Of a stretch of DNA of 64,000 nt, positions 35,352 through 50,700 are shown piece after piece (within the stretch, counting starts at the first letter, position 1; every line of letters begins with the position of its first letter). Made by a program: the position numbers and the translations under genes. This DNA comes from Bigelowiella natans CCMP2755. Lineage: Eukaryota > Protista > Cercozoa. The notes under the pieces were generated by a model. The model ran no database searches, was not told the DNA's origin, and saw only the letters and a program-made list of their open reading frames with translations. Location of the stretch: the NCBI GenBank assembly GCA_000320545.1, contig ADNK01000157.1, forward strand, positions 74,828 to 138,827, read 5' to 3'.

Positions 35352-36738
35352 ATGGCAGAGGCAAACCTTTCCTTGGACTCCATGGGAGGGTTCGTGTACT
35401 ACTCCTTGAGCAAAATTCTGAAGGAGTCGAGCAAGTCTCGAGACAAGCAACTCCGGACGGTAGCAATTGACATTCAGAAGCAGATTTTCCAAGCTTTCCA
35501 AAAGGTCGATGATAAATCTTCTCCTATCCTTTGAAGTGTGTTGCGCATGTGGTCTGCTTTCTCTTAGCCGACTATTTGAGATGATGAATGGAGAAAACTT
35601 ACCTGATTGCCTGTACCTTAAGAACCCTGAGGAGGCTCGGGCGGACAGAAATGGAGATAAATACTTCTTGCCGTTCAACTTGGCCTGTAATTATGAGCGG
35701 CCAAATATCAAGATGCTGCACACCTCGTTGGACGCGATACAGCGCATGATAGCCTACGGCTACCTCTCGGGGGACTCCTTTGTTGATCCAAAGATTTATC
35801 CTCCAATAGATCTGGATCCGCAATCAAAGAGCAAATCTGATAAAAAGGGTCGGTCTCCATATAGTAACCTCGTATGGTGTCATTCGACGGCTAATCCTCT
35901 CTATGCTGTGTTTTAGATTCAATAAGAACACGAAAAAGACGACTGATTGATGTTCTGGTGGAGACTATCTTTAAATGCTCAACAATGATCGATGATGATC
36001 AAGTGCAGATACAGGTACGGTTTCTCTTGCATGAGGAGATGATAAATCTTCATTGAAAATGCGTCTCTCATGAACAGGTGATAAAGACTTTGATAACGGC
36101 TGTTACATCAAAATCGTGTCATGTGCACGACCACTCGATCCTGTTGGCTGTTCGTTCGTGCTATCACATATACCTCACGGCTAGAAACAGCTCGAACCAA
36201 ACTACAGGTTTGTCTCCCGTTCTGACCCCTCCCTCGCCGCCTATCCAAAATATGAGCTCCTCTTGACTAACAGTTTGTTTGATGCCCCCTTACGATAAAC
36301 AGCCCGCGCGATCCTGACTCAGATGCTCAACGTGGTTTTTCGGCGGATGGAAACGTTTGCCCAACAGTTGCAGGAAGTTAGGCTTAAAGCCGCTCCCAGG
36401 GAAGTCAAAATTGTGCTTTCTCCCCCGCCTTCTGAAAAGCCTGAAGGAGAGGAAAGCAAGGACAAGAAACAAACTGCCGATTCGAGCAAGATCGTGAAGG
36501 AAATCGTGGGGGGGTTAGTGAATAAAGTCGCGAAAGACGAGGAGGGAGCTGCAGAGATAGAAGACTCAAAGGCACCGCCCGCCAACAGTACCGACAAGAA
36601 AGGCAAAAATAGCAAGCCAACAGCAGCCCCTCCCCTTAAGGACCGCCCTCTACCGGCGCCGGGAACTTCGGAAGTGCAAAATCTAGAGCGACAATTAAGT
36701 AAGAGTGCACACTTTAAAGTATTATTAATGTACTTTTG

Positions 36739-36775
<37 letters not shown>

Positions 36776-37644
36776 TGCAAGCGTTTGGGTGAACCCGATC
36801 TAAATGTAAGAGGGGATACATCATTACATAAGCACGAAGGTCGAGCCCAGGCGCATCCATCTTGCGTCTGGGGGTATACGTTTGTGCGAGATAAAGAAAG
36901 AACATCGGAGACGATAAAAAAGCCTTTTGCACTGATACCAGCTCCGTCTAGCATTGACCCACGCTGCACAACAAAATGGCGACATTCAAGACACGCACAT
37001 GAACTCATCGAAACATGAAAATGATCAATTTTATGCTAATCCAACCCGCTACTTCCTCTGTTCACGTGTCTGACCCTGATTTTTAGTCATAAAGCTGAGT
37101 ATCATGCAAAACGACGCATATCTGTTGTTCCGAGCTCTCACGCAGCTTTCGATGAAGAAGCTACCAGAAAGTACGGAAAGAACAAATTGATATGCCTAAG
37201 AGACAACCACCCTCGCATCTGAACCTAGGAAGATGCCAGTTTTTCCTCGAAAACATCCATAGAATGATTGCACCCAACAACTGTTGTGTGCGTAGGCATC
37301 GATCCCGTGGCTATAAAGAGCAAAGCCCTGGCGCTCGAGTTGCTTCTATCTGTCATTCAGAACTCGGGGCCGATGCTGAGGACGCATTCGAAGGTAGGTA
37401 GCGGTTGGACTGGCATGTGCACTTACATTCAGGCATCTTTGTGTGCAGATATACAAACAATGTTTTCATTTGTGTGTGAGTAAAGTGTTATCTTCGTAGC
37501 GTTTACTTCACCGCATTTTTTCCTCCCCCCTGGACACAGTTCGTAGGTTTCATCAAAGACAAATTAGTGCGCTCGCTGCTGCAGAACTGCGTGTCGCCGA
37601 TACCCCGGATTTACAAGATGGCCGCACCAATGTTCCTCGCTTTG

Positions 37645-37686
<42 letters not shown>

Positions 37687-40600
37687 AGTAGCCGGGGGGG
37701 AAGGGGGGGAGGGATAAGAGGAGACAACGGAAAGGCATGCGTGGACAAGTACCTACAAGCACACACGCACATGCACACGTACACACTCACACACGCCGCA
37801 CAAACAGGTTGCCCAGTTCAAGCCCCAAATGAAGTACGAAATCGGTGTGATTCTGAACAACATCTTCCTCAACATGCTCGCGTCGCCCATGAGCAGCTAC
37901 ATGCAGAAGTCGATGGCGGTCGTTATCCTCCTGAAGCTCTGCAAAGACCCCCAGACGATCGTGGAGCTGTTCCTCAACTTCGACTGCGACATCTCCTCGG
38001 AAGACAAGATCTTCGAGGCGATCATCATCCAGCTCGAGAAGGTCGCTCAGGGGCGGTTCATGTCCGAGGCATTGATGTCGCCCCAGAATGAAAGTGCGCT
38101 GCGCCTTAACGCGCTCGAGGCCCTTGGGCATGTGATGACGTCCCTGATCACGTGGTGCTCCGTTCTGAAGAAGGGCGAGGAGGATGCGGCACGCACGAGA
38201 GAACGCAAGGAAAGTCAGGACAGGAGCCTCGACGACGACAACGCAAGCAGGCACAGCGACGACGTGGGTCGCGCTGGGGCATCATCATCCTCCTCCACCA
38301 CGAACCGACCTGCGTTCTCGCAGCAGTTCAATCTGCAGAGGGAGCGGAGGGCCCTGACCGAGAAGGCGATACTGCTTTTCAATCGCAAGCCCAAGAAGGG
38401 GATCAAGTTCCTGGAGGACCACGGGATCCTGCAGAAGGACGCCAAGGCGGTCGCAGAATTCCTCAAAACGCACAAGAAACTCGACAAAACCCAGATCGGG
38501 GAGTACCTCGGGGAGGATAAGGACTTTAACAAAGAAGTGCGCTATAAGTACATCGAGGACCTGGTCGGTGCATGCATTATGTAAATTGTCAGTTATCTGT
38601 CTATCTGTCTGTTTGTATCATTGTGTGCGTGCGTGCGTGCGTGCGTGCGTGTGTGTGTGTGCGGATTTATCACACACTCCGCATTCATAGACTCTTACCT
38701 CTCGCCACACACAAACACACACAGGATTTCACGGGGATGCAATTCGACGAAGCCCTTCGGTACTTTCTGAAGGACTTTCGCCTTCCGGGGGAGGGGCAGA
38801 AGATCGACCGCCTGGTCGTGAAGTTCGCCGACCAGTACACCACCAACAACCCCTTCAACAGAGGCGGCAAGTTCCGCACGGCGGACGGGGCCTACGTGCT
38901 CGCGTACGCGACGATCATGCTGCACACGGACCTCCACAATCCCGGCGTGAAGAACAAGATGTCCAAGGATCAGTTCATCAACATGAACCGAGGCATCGAC
39001 GACGGGAACGACATCGACCCGACCTTCATGTCGCACCTCTACGACAAGATCCAGCAGGAGGAGATCCATATGACGGGGGGGGATTCGGCCCCGAGCGAGT
39101 GGCAGAACGCCGCCACCCTCAACCCGAGGAAACGGCAGACGATGTTCCAGAAGCAGACCGAGTCACTCATCAAGCAGACGGAGAACCTCATCCGGACAAA
39201 GAAGCCTAAGCGTCGTAGTATCAGCAGCAGCAGCAGCAGCATCTTGAGACAGCAGCAGCAGCACGATACCAAGAAGTCCGCCGCTGCCACCGCCGCGTCT
39301 ACTACCAAAAACGACTCCCATGACGTGAGCGCACCGAATGGGACGAAGACTAGCGACGATGCGGGCGAGAGCAGCCCTGCCAACAATTTGTTGAAGGATG
39401 CGGCTGCTAGTGCTGCTGGTGGTGGTGCTGCCGTTGGAGGTCATGAGGACGAATGGTGAGAGATACAACATGCCCCCAGATACATTCCCAAAGCAATCAT
39501 TTGGACATTCTTGAATATCCATCATATACCGTGTGTTGCGGCGGCGGCTGCTGCTACTGGCTGTCGTGTCTGGCGTCACACAGATATCCATCTTCGGCCG
39601 TTGGAACCTTAAATCGCGAATATACACAAAAAATATATTTATATTTTTACATATTTTTTCTACTAATGTATAATTTTAACAACATTTCCATAATTATGAT
39701 AATCTCCATTTTTCTTCTTCTTCTTCCTCTTCTTCGTATAGGTATGATGCAACGCATGCGGATCTGGACGCTTTGCAGCCGATGTTCGACCTGCTTTGGT
39801 GCCCTGCCTTCGCTACCTTCAGCCTTGTCCTCAAAGAAAACGATGAACCGAAGGTGCGCTCGCGCGCGCGCGTGTGTGTATGTGCGTGTGTGTGTGTGTG
39901 TGTTGTGTATGTGGCAGCATATATTAGTGTAAGACAGCTAGTAATACGGGTTTAAGGGGAGGGGTGACTTGCTGTTTTCGTACACATTGTGCATGTGAAG
40001 CTTGCTCTCTTGCAGTACATGCACCTCCTAATCTCCAATACACCAAACACCAACGACAAGCTTCTACGCTCACCACCATCCTCTATCTGAATAATGCGAA
40101 TGGTAATAATAATGATGATAATAATAATATTAATAATAATAATAATAATAGGTGGCAAAGCTCTGCCTCGACAACTACAACTCCGCCGTGCGGCTGTCGT
40201 CGATCTTCGCGATGGACACGCCGCGCGACGCGTTCGTGAAGAGCCTGCAGCACTTCTCCCTTCTGGGCACCATCAAGCCGCTCGGTTTCAAGAACGTGGA
40301 GGCGATCAAGACGCTCCTACACATCGCTTACGCGGATGGCGACTATCTGAAAGACTCCTGGAAGACGGTGCTGCAATGCATCTCTGAGTACGACAAGCTC
40401 ATGCGCCGCTCCCCCGCGGCGCAGACGCCCGTAGATGTGTTCGACTCGGGCACTAGTGGCGCCAGGGAGGCAAAGAAGCGGTCAGTTGCTGACTTTCCTA
40501 CTTTTCTTACTTGCTACTCGATGTCATCATATCCGAAACATTCATTCATTTTTTCGACCTGAGACTGATGATGCTGCAGCCGCCATATCTGACACCTGCG

Positions 40601-41265
40601 AATTGTTATTCCTATCATTTTATCATTAACAGAGGGAAGAAATCGATCCAGAGGGCAGTGCAGATCCACCATCAAAACGCCGAAATACTCAGAGAGCAGC
40701 TTGACCCTGCGCTCGTGGATCGCGTCTTCACGCACAGCGCACACCTCAACTCCGAGGCCATCGTCGATTTTGTTCGAAACCTCACACAGGTACTCGTAGA
40801 AGTTGCCTTTCCATCCTCCTGTGTTTGATAGGTCGCACGCGCGCGCGCGCACTCATATCTGATCCTACCGCTATGATTCATTCATTTACTCACGTTTTTG
40901 GCAACTGTTTTATCTATCTGTCGGCACATATGGCCGCATCGCATGCAGGTGTCCCAATCGGAGGTGTACACCACGAATAACGAGACGCCGCGTGTCTTCA
41001 GCTTGCAGAAGATCGTGGAAATCACCTACTACAACATGAATCGCATCAGGCTCGTGTGGAGTCGAATCTGGAACATTCTATCCGCGTACTTCGCCAAGGC
41101 AGGATGCCATCCCAACCTGCAGGTGAATATACCGTATTATTAATTCTATTATTGCATATTTTCCCTCTGTCGTTCCGCTCTCCCCCCCCCCCTCCCTCTC
41201 ATTCTCTCATTCTCTCATTCTCTCAATCTCTCAATCTCTCAATCTCTCAATCTCGCCTCCCCTCC

Positions 41266-41298
<33 letters not shown>

Positions 41299-42355
41299 AC
41301 TACTAGGTATCGCTCTACTCGATCGACTCCCTGCGACAGCTGGCAATGAAGTTCCTGGAGAAGGATGAGCTCGCCCACTACCACTTCCAGAAGCAGTTCC
41401 TGCAACCGTTTGAGGACATCATGGCCAACACGAAGAGCCAAGAGAGCAAGGCGCTCATCATCCAATGCATATCACGCATGGTGTTAGGCCGCGTCGCCAA
41501 CGTCCGCTCGGGATGGAAGAGCGTCTTCATCGTCTTACGGTAGTAGTTGTAGTAGTAGTAAGTAGTAGTAAGTAGTAGTAAGTGGTAGTAATGTTGTGAT
41601 AGGAATAATCCTCTCACCCACTCTTCCCTCTCCCCTCTTTGACGGTTTTGCATTGGATCCCGACATATCACATCGAAAAGTATGAATGATGACTATTCCT
41701 CCAGTGTTCTAATGACTCCCTATCTCTGCTCCACACCCTCCCCCCCTCCCCCCACCAACTAGCATTGCTGCCAACGACCGGGACAAGTCGCTCGTGACTG
41801 CCGCGTTCGCGCTGCAGGAGAAGATCATGGTGAACTACTTCACCCTGATCTCCAAGACGCTGCAAGAGTGCGTGCTGACGCTCGGAACCTTCGCCAGGAA
41901 CAGCTTCACCAACATCAGTCTCAAGTCCCTCGACTACATCGCCAAATGCGCCGCGCACCTCGCCAAGGAATGCAGCGTCGAGGGAGGGCCCGAGGTGAAG
42001 AAGGAGAAGAAGAACAAGAAGAAGAAGAAGAAGAAGAAGCAGGAGAAGGAAGCGGTCGGCGACGAGGAGAAGAAGAGGAAGATTCATGAGGAGAAAGAGG
42101 AGGCAACCAGTGAAGGAAAGAAGCAGCACCAGCTCCCACCTATCAGAAGAGAAAATAGCGAAGAGGTGCTCTCCTCCTCCTTCCCGGTCTGGATGACGAT
42201 TTTCAAGTGCTACAGCACGCTATTATCTGATAACAGGTTGTTGTAGCAGCAGCAGCAGCAGCAGTTGTAGTAGTAGTAGTAGTAGCAGTAGCGGGGCTCT
42301 CTTTTAAAAAGGAAAAAAAGAGATCGATAGATGCATAGAGAGGCAGCAACACACA

Positions 42356-42425
<70 letters not shown>

Positions 42426-43533
42426 TACATCAACAACCACCGTAAAGAGTGCACACTCACTCACCCCGTGTTATCCTTAGCGAATATAGGGTAGTAATAG
42501 TAACAGTAGTTGTAATAATAATAGTAGTAGTTGTAGCAGTTACCAGCGCAGAGAATCGATTATCTGGATGCAGCGCCTCATGCTGGCCCTTTCGACTCGT
42601 CGCCCCCCTCCCTAGAATCAACGACCAGAACCAAAACGCACATGAGACGAGCACGTTTTACCCACACCGAGCAGATAGTAACATGCTACTACACACAATC
42701 TGGCAGGTTTGCGCTCCAGAACCGAGCTCTAGAAGTGCTGTTCGCCACGTTGTCGGAGCACGGAGACTTATTCACCGTGGACAACTGGAAGAAGATCTTC
42801 ACTGAGGTCCTCTTCCCCGTCTTCAATAGCGTCGGCTCGGCGGCGGCCACCACCCCACCATCATCATCATCATCAGCAGCAGCAGCGGCAAGATCGCAAC
42901 GACGAGGAGGAGGAGGACCGTCGTCGGTAGTGAATTTGGACACCATTCCATACATCTAGAGAGGAAATACACCACAGCTGCATATACCTACATACAGGAA
43001 AATATGTGTGTAATGTTTATTTGAATATCTAAATGTACATATGTGAGTAACACACAATGGCTAGAATGGCGAGCAAGTGAAAATTCTTGTAAACGGCAGA
43101 GACGCGCGCCGCCCTGTTTCTTCTCTCTTCTCCCCCCCCCCCGTAACCCCCCAACCATAAGCTGACGATCTGTTTATTATTTATTGTGCCGCTACTTCTT
43201 CTTCCTCTCGTTCTCCTCGGTTTCCTCATGTTGTTCACAGAAACCTCCACCACCGCCCCCCCCCGCATCGGCAAGCCAGGAGTGGCTGAAGACTACGTGT
43301 CTTAAGGCGATGACCAAAGTCGTGCAGATATTCGCTCAGTACCAGGACACGATTCAGGAGGGCCTCCTGCCGCAGGTGCTTGCACTCATCCAGTCGTGCA
43401 TCAGCCAGGGAAATTTGGAGCTGGCGAAGATCGGGATCCAGGTGTCGCTCATCTTGAACGCATATGATGAGAATGGTTGATGATGATGAGGTGGAGGAGG
43501 AGGAGGACCCGTGATGATCGTTGTGAAATGATA

Positions 43534-43583
<50 letters not shown>

Positions 43584-44548
43584 GCCGAACGAAAGGCGAT
43601 TTCTACGTCTCATCACAGTCACCACAACACCTTCGGCAACTACATGTGCGAATAGACTTTCTTGCAAATAAAGCGTTCTCATTCTCACTTCTCCTTCTTT
43701 TCCCTCTGCCCCATCATCATCATCATCATCATGATCAGTGCTGGGAGCAGCTAATGTCTGTCTCTGGTGCCAAATTTGACGATGGCAACTGGACGCTCGT
43801 CCTCAACTCGCTCCACGCATTATTCGAGCAAACTCTCCCGCATGAGCTTCAAGCGCCACGATTGCGCAAGTCCATGGGATTGCCAGCGAAGTCCCCACGG
43901 CGAGGTTTGGGAGGGAGAGGAGGCGCCTCCTCCTCCTCCTCCACCACCACCACCACCACTACTACTACAGCTGCTACAACCTCTACCCCCCCCACCACCA
44001 CTTCCACTACCAAGTCAACGGCATCAGGTGTGTCAGCAGCTCAAAACAAAGCGACCACCCCCACCCCCAGCACAAAGAACCAGCACAACAAAAATGCAAC
44101 TACAGCGAATCCCCTCCCCAACGGCCAAGACACCCACTCCCCGGCACCGCGCCCCCCGGCCACTACTACTGCTACCAGCACTAGCACTAGTACCGCTGAG
44201 AAGAAGAAGGCAATGATCCGCACCGACCTGCTCTCCTACGAGCGCGTGGTGGTGAAGTGCATCGTGAATCACCTCCTGATGGAGACGTCCTTCAGCACGT
44301 TCCAAGGGTTCTACAACCTGCTCAAGCAAGAGCACGTGGAACAGATACTCGCCGCGCTCAAGTCCACCATCGCGTTCCTCTCCACCTTCAACTCCGACCT
44401 GGAGCTGCAGAAGAAGCTCTACCAGGTGGGGTTCAAAGCGGAGGATGGTGGCCTCTTCAAGCTGATGGACCAGGAGGTGGAGGCGTACGGATACTGCATG
44501 CAAATGCTGCAGATCATGTACCGTGGCAGCAATCCGAACGTAAGATTG

Positions 44549-44592
<44 letters not shown>

Positions 44593-44769
44593 ATTGATTG
44601 AGAGGATGATGACGGTGAAGATGATGATGATGAGGATGATGATGATGATGATGATGATGGTGGTGATGGGGTTGGTGTAGGAGAGAACGGTATGATGCAC
44701 TGGGGATGATAGCTACGTGGTTATCGCTTTATTTTATTGACTGCACCTCATCGTCGCCATAAATATATG

Positions 44770-44808
<39 letters not shown>

Positions 44809-45453
44809 TAGTATCAACATCATCATCATCATCATCGTCTTCTTCTTCTTCATCCTGACCATTATCAGTTCGACGACAGCAAGGCAGCTGACATACAGCT
44901 GCGGGAGACAGGCGAGAGAATATTCAAGCGATACATCAACAATAAGATCAAGGTGAGAGAGGGTCGCTTGGATTCGAGCAGACAGCCATCGAGAATATAC
45001 ATGAGAACTAACTGAAATATCATCGGAAGATGACTAGATTTCTAGTCTCGTATTTGTATTTTTTTTTCCGTTCATTCGTGGATAGGAAGACCACTGCGCC
45101 TCTTCTCTCCTCCTCTCCTCCTCTCCTCTCGTACATCCTCTCTCTCCCTCCCACCCTCTCACTCTGTGTGTGTGCTCTGTGTAAATGCGCAGATGGAGGG
45201 CAAGAGAACGAAGGAATCCGTCCGCCTAGCGAAGGTCGTGAGCTCATTGATCGAAGGGTTCGACAGCTACTCGGAGAACCAGATCAAGGCGAATATGCCG
45301 ACCTTTTTCCCAAGAATGCTGGACATTATAGAGCATGGTGACCTCTCGGTCCGCCGGATGGTGGCCAAGTTCATGCGGAAACGAATCACCCCTTTGCTGC
45401 CCTTCGCGGTGGAGGAGGAGGAGGAGGATCAAAATGATAATGGCTCTAGATGA
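35352..45453 (+). CDS. BIG/Sec7-type large Arf guanine nucleotide exchange factor
   Basis: DCB (YFLPFNLAC...[13 protein letters not shown]), HUS box (ELFLNFDCD), Sec7 domain ([50 protein letters not shown]) and HDS motifs ([50 protein letters not shown]) across more than 20 exons. Confidence 0.95.
41198..41254. repeat. 8-bp tandem repeat (ATTCTCTC x3 then AATCTCTC x4) in a Sec7-gene intron
   Basis: Directly visible; the unit changes one base midway. Confidence 0.85.
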
Positions 45454-46178
45454 TTATTATAGAATAGTGAGTAGCAGCAGTGGTGGTAGTAGCCGAATTA
45501 GTCAGCAGCGGGTGCTGTGATGATGATGATATTGATGCTGCATTTTATTTCGATGTTATTTGATGAAAGCTTATAGACGAACATCAGGAAAGAAACACAG
45601 GCGACCACGCAAAAACGCTTGTTCATGAGATCCACTATGAGATGCTACGACCCACTTGCCCACTTGCCCCGTAGCGCGTATCATATTACTCAAGCGCCCA
45701 TATATATAAAGTTCTGTGCGCGCTCATTGCTGGCTGTGGTGCATGTCGAGATTATCTGCCTTATCTGTGTAGGATGCCTATCTAGATATCTAGATATGTG
45801 CATAGTCCATGCTCAGCGCGAAAATCCAAACGTATGAATGTGCGCCGTACGACAACATTGGTCGCCGCACATACTAGCATACATCAGGGTGACCATTGAA
45901 CAATTTTAGTTTTTTCATTACATCCGTCTCTCACACACATATGTAGCAGATGCCAACAGTGTCCCGAATTTGCGTCGTTCGATGCTAGCTAGTGTTCATC
46001 ACTACCAAACATAATCCGCTATGATCTCACATAAACCATCGTGAGGAAGATAGCTGGAAAGCCCCCTAATGAAATTCATTGCGTACGCACCCACGCACAC
46101 ATGTTAGTGCTAATCGATAAAAAAAGAAAGACAAAGCAAGCGTGTCTCCTGCTGTAGGAAACATAATCTTTTGTTTCA

Positions 46179-47103
46179 TTACTGAACTACCTCGTAACCC
46201 CATCGAGCGTGTACTTGAAAGAATACGCATACGGCAACGCGAAACATTTTAACTCCGACCTGATGCATTATTTGGCATTCAGTCAGGGAAGGTTGGAACC
46301 GCAATTTCTCCCAAGAGAGAAGACCGAGATATTCCATAATTCGACACAAAACCACAACCCTCCTCGGATAGTAGCACCCGATCAAAATGACACGATTCTC
46401 AACGTCCATCCGCTTCTCTATTATTCGGTTCTCGCGGTACAGAAAGCCATCAGACGTTTCGGGGCGGAGTCTCATGCTTCTTGCCCCTTCTCTCTTTCTT
46501 TGGTTTGCTTTTGTCATTTTTATGTGTATCGAGAGAAGCTTAGTACTACCCTCTATTCCTCGGCTCGAATCGGGATTCTCCGCAGCTGCCACTGCCCAGG
46601 TTATTTTGGGTTGTTAGGGTAAATCGGAGTATGCGAGCAAGATGCTCCCGTAACCGCGCTATGGTACGGTGTTAATTGGTTGAGATCTCTCGAGACGATT
46701 CCTGGTTGTGTCCAGCAAACAATCTCTCTCTCTTTCTCTCTCTCTCTCTCCCTCTCTCTTTCTCTCTTCCTTTCATAATCACGTACGTGGCTAGAAGATT
46801 GCTCCCGTCGGGTGAGAATCGAATACGATGGACGATTCCAAAATAGGCCTGATGATGGTAGTGGTGGTGAGGATGGTGGTCCGTGGAGGGGGGGGGGAAG
46901 TTCGCAAGGAGCATGCGGATCCACTCACACGCCATCGCCTCGTTACCTGCGTCTTCGAAATGAGCCGCTCGTTCACGACGTCAAGCAGCCTTATGCATCC
47001 ATCAAAGCCTAGAAGCGAGAGAGTAGTAAGTGTTGAAAGAAAGAGTTATGAGGGAGAGAACAACGGAGAGGAGGGCGAGGACCATCACCAATGGCAGCAA
47101 AGT

Positions 47104-47141
<38 letters not shown>

Positions 47142-47171
47142 GAACACACTCACACGCACACACACACACAC

Positions 47172-47210
<39 letters not shown>

Positions 47211-47398
47211 TATATAGAGAGAGAGAAAGAGAGATGCACCGAACGTGCTCATTACCTCCAATTGCAAGCAGCCCCCTGCGAGTGAAGGAGAGAGACGCAG
47301 CGCGTAGATCTGGGGGAAAGATGGAACTTGGGAGCCGCCGCACTTCCTTAGTTGACACCCGCCATATCCGGATGAACCCTGTCAGTCTCTGCGTAGTG

Positions 47399-47432
<34 letters not shown>

Positions 47433-48119
47433 CGATGGTGGTGATGATGATGGTGGCGTGGAAGGAGCGTTGTGATGGCTCTCATCAGCAGGTGATAATC
47501 GATGATGCCATGAGATAAGACAATGATAGTGAGATAATGATAGCATGCTGCAGCAGCCTGCAAGGCATCGAAGAGTGAGAGAATGCTTACATTTGTTACT
47601 GCCCCCCCATTGATTGTGGCTGCTCGGGCTGTTGGTTGTTGGTATTGTCAAAACCAAAAAAAAAGAGGGGGGGGGGGAAAGGAAGAGGAAGAGGAAGAGG
47701 AGGATTAGGAGGAGGATGAGGGAGGCAATTTGCTTGTGTTTTGGCCAAATATTTTGAAGACGGGGAGCGGGTTGTGGGCATGGAGACGATGTTCACTGTT
47801 GGTTGCCTCTCTCTCGACTGCATTGCGAATAAAGAGGAATGTTGTGCCTCCTTTTCATACTCGTCATCATCATGATCGTCATCATCATGATCATCATGAT
47901 GATCATGATAATGAAGCAGCACCTCCTCCATGCTCCACGTAGGAAGTCGCTATCATGTCGCTATCAGCTGACCACACCAGCAAGTTGCACCACGCAATTT
48001 CTGATGATGACGACAAGTTGTATCGAGGATTATTCATGAATAAAATGGTATTATGCAAGGAGGGAGGAGGAGGGAAAGGGGCGGGGAGAGGAGGAGGAGA
48101 CTTTACTTGCAAGCACACC

Positions 48120-48175
<56 letters not shown>

Positions 48176-49108
48176 ACACATCATACACAGCGAATCCCTG
48201 CAGGATTCCCTTGGATATACCAATATCCCCATCTCTCATGCACGTAATGATGCCCCTATTATTTCCAAGAGATACCGTGCTTTTCGGGCGATAGATTGAT
48301 GCACACTTTGCCGGTTCGCACGCGCCACACAATCATGGACATGCGGTTGCCCCTTCGTCGGTCGCGGGCGTGCACGGCGAGGTAGTCGAGGTTGGGGGAC
48401 AGCCTAGAAAAGGGGGGGGGGGAGGGGGGAGAGGGACGGCAATTCGACAGGGAGGAGGACCCAACGATGCAATGCATTCAAACATGATGATGATGATGAT
48501 AATGATGATTGTTAATGTTATTATTATGGTAAGGCAAACAACGGTAGAGAACCTGCACTCGAGCCTCGCGAAGTCGGGGTAGCGATAGTTTGCCGTTGCC
48601 CCGCTTAACATAGGGGCAGCTCCTGTTGCTTCTGACCCGCCAGTCGATGCCCCGGACTTCGCATCTTCACTGCCGACCGACTCCGAACGCGATCTGACAC
48701 ACGGAAAACCATGCATTGGACGAGAGGACATCCACACCGCGGATGGTTCCGCATGCTAGTGCTCTGCCTGTAGAGCGACGATGTCTCCAAGACACCATGC
48801 GCACAAGACTACTACCTCGATCGCTTCCCATCATCTAAATAGCCTGCTCGGCCGCCATCTTTCGGGTGCTGGTAGATCATCACCATTATCGTCATCATCA
48901 TCATCATCACCACCACCACCACCACCTCTACTGTTGATATTATGGCTACGAGATCGATGGTACAGCAGCATACTGAATGAACCCTTGCCTATGACTCTCT
49001 TCTCTGATCTTGTCCATGTCCCCTCTCACATTTAGTAGCAATAATATACCTTTGAGTCTGACCAATCAGCAGTAAACACGTTCTCCAGAAGCTTCCCCGA
49101 TTCCCCTG

Positions 49109-49147
<39 letters not shown>

Positions 49148-50299
49148 TTAAATTTCAATTATATAGGGAGAAAGAGGAGAGGAATGATCATCCCAGAGAA
49201 GAGAGAAAGCATAAGATCCAAGTTGTTATTACCGCTAAATAGTCTTAACGTAACGCTGCGAGAGTAGTACTCACGGGTGACAGAGTGCCATTCAGTGAAC
49301 CAGCGAACAGCGAGAATTCTTTTGTGACCCAATTCATCTGTTTGCCATTTTCATCGATGATGGCGAGTCATACATAGCAGCCAGTCAGTGCGTATCATCA
49401 CCAAATATGCACGTTTTGTTGTGCATTTGGCAGAAAGTCTCTCCCTTTCAAGAAAGAGTATGAATGCCGATAATACTGTACGAACTCCACCTTTATAAAT
49501 CGTTATGCGATTTTTGAGGTCAGTGGTTTGGATATCGATCGAGGCGACTTGCTGAAACTTGCCGCTCGCTTTGTCGCATTCCCATATCTCCGTGCCTATT
49601 TTTGCAGTCCAGAGTGACGAGATATTAAAGGCGATTCATCCGAGCAAGAATCACATTCCAAAGAAGATGCCGATTGGGATGGTTTTGTGTTTTATTAGAA
49701 GCATGCTTACCAAGAGCAAGAACGTTAACGTTGCCGTCCTTGCAGAATGACCCTCTAGCTGCGCTCAGATTGGATCTAATATGTTGCAAGATCTCCTCAT
49801 TGATAGTACACAGCGCCATAAATACACACCAGATGATCATCCACGGTGATGTTGTACTTTGAAATGTAAAAATATATTTGATTTGAGGTAGAGGTATATG
49901 TGCTGATTTGCTTCATTGCAAGTGGCGACCACCCTGTCTGAATGGAGTACATCATTTTGCCCGTCCCCAGGTCCCAAAGGTTGATTGATTTGCGCATCAC
50001 ATCTCGAGGTAACTCCTTTCCCTCCAGGCTTACACTTCGCCATCATGATGTGCCCGAAAATGAAGATAAACATCAGAACTGAATCATCGGATCGATTGCT
50101 ATTCTTTAATATTCATGACTCGGTTGATGATACCTTGCACTAGCACTGAGGACGCTTCCTTTAGATACATCAAGCTGATTGAATTATCACATAATGATTT
50201 TTTCTTATTGCCATGGTTATGATTACTATTATGAGTAGCAATAGTAGCATCCTCACACGTGGCAGGGAGCATAAGTCGTCTTTGTACTTCCAAATAAAC

Positions 50300-50337
<38 letters not shown>

Positions 50338-50700
50338 GGAGGGGATATCACCGGCCATGGTCTCGATACGTTTGTCGACCAACGGCATCTGAGCGCCTAG
50401 GAGTGGAGGAGGAGGAGGAGGAGGAAAGACAAGGTCATTATTAATCTCTTGCATTCGAACGAGAAGAACAAGTCTCCTGAAGGATTTTCATTCGATCACC
50501 TTAAACTCAACCTTCCTCCTCCGTGTCCTCCTCCGAAAGTAAATCACGACGAACAAGGAGGAAACCAAAATCAGCGCGCCAACCACCATGAATGCGATCC
50601 TTCCCCCATATCGACTTATCATCTCAGCATCTCCGGAAACTGCAGCAGCCGTCATCTCGCACGCTTGCTGCAGCCCCCCGCCCAGCCCATCACTCGACAT
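46179..50700 (-). CDS. WD40-like repeat protein with N-terminal transmembrane segment (exon structure only partly resolved)
   Basis: N-terminal TM IAFMVVGALILVSSLFVVIYF followed by RRRTRRRK. WD-like fragments SINLWDLGTGK, LSPNLDYLAV..MIVWRVRTGK, GFIRIWRVSTKE, GFDGCIRLLDV, VHRIRFSPDGSNLLAT. The 3' end is uncertain. Confidence 0.5.
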
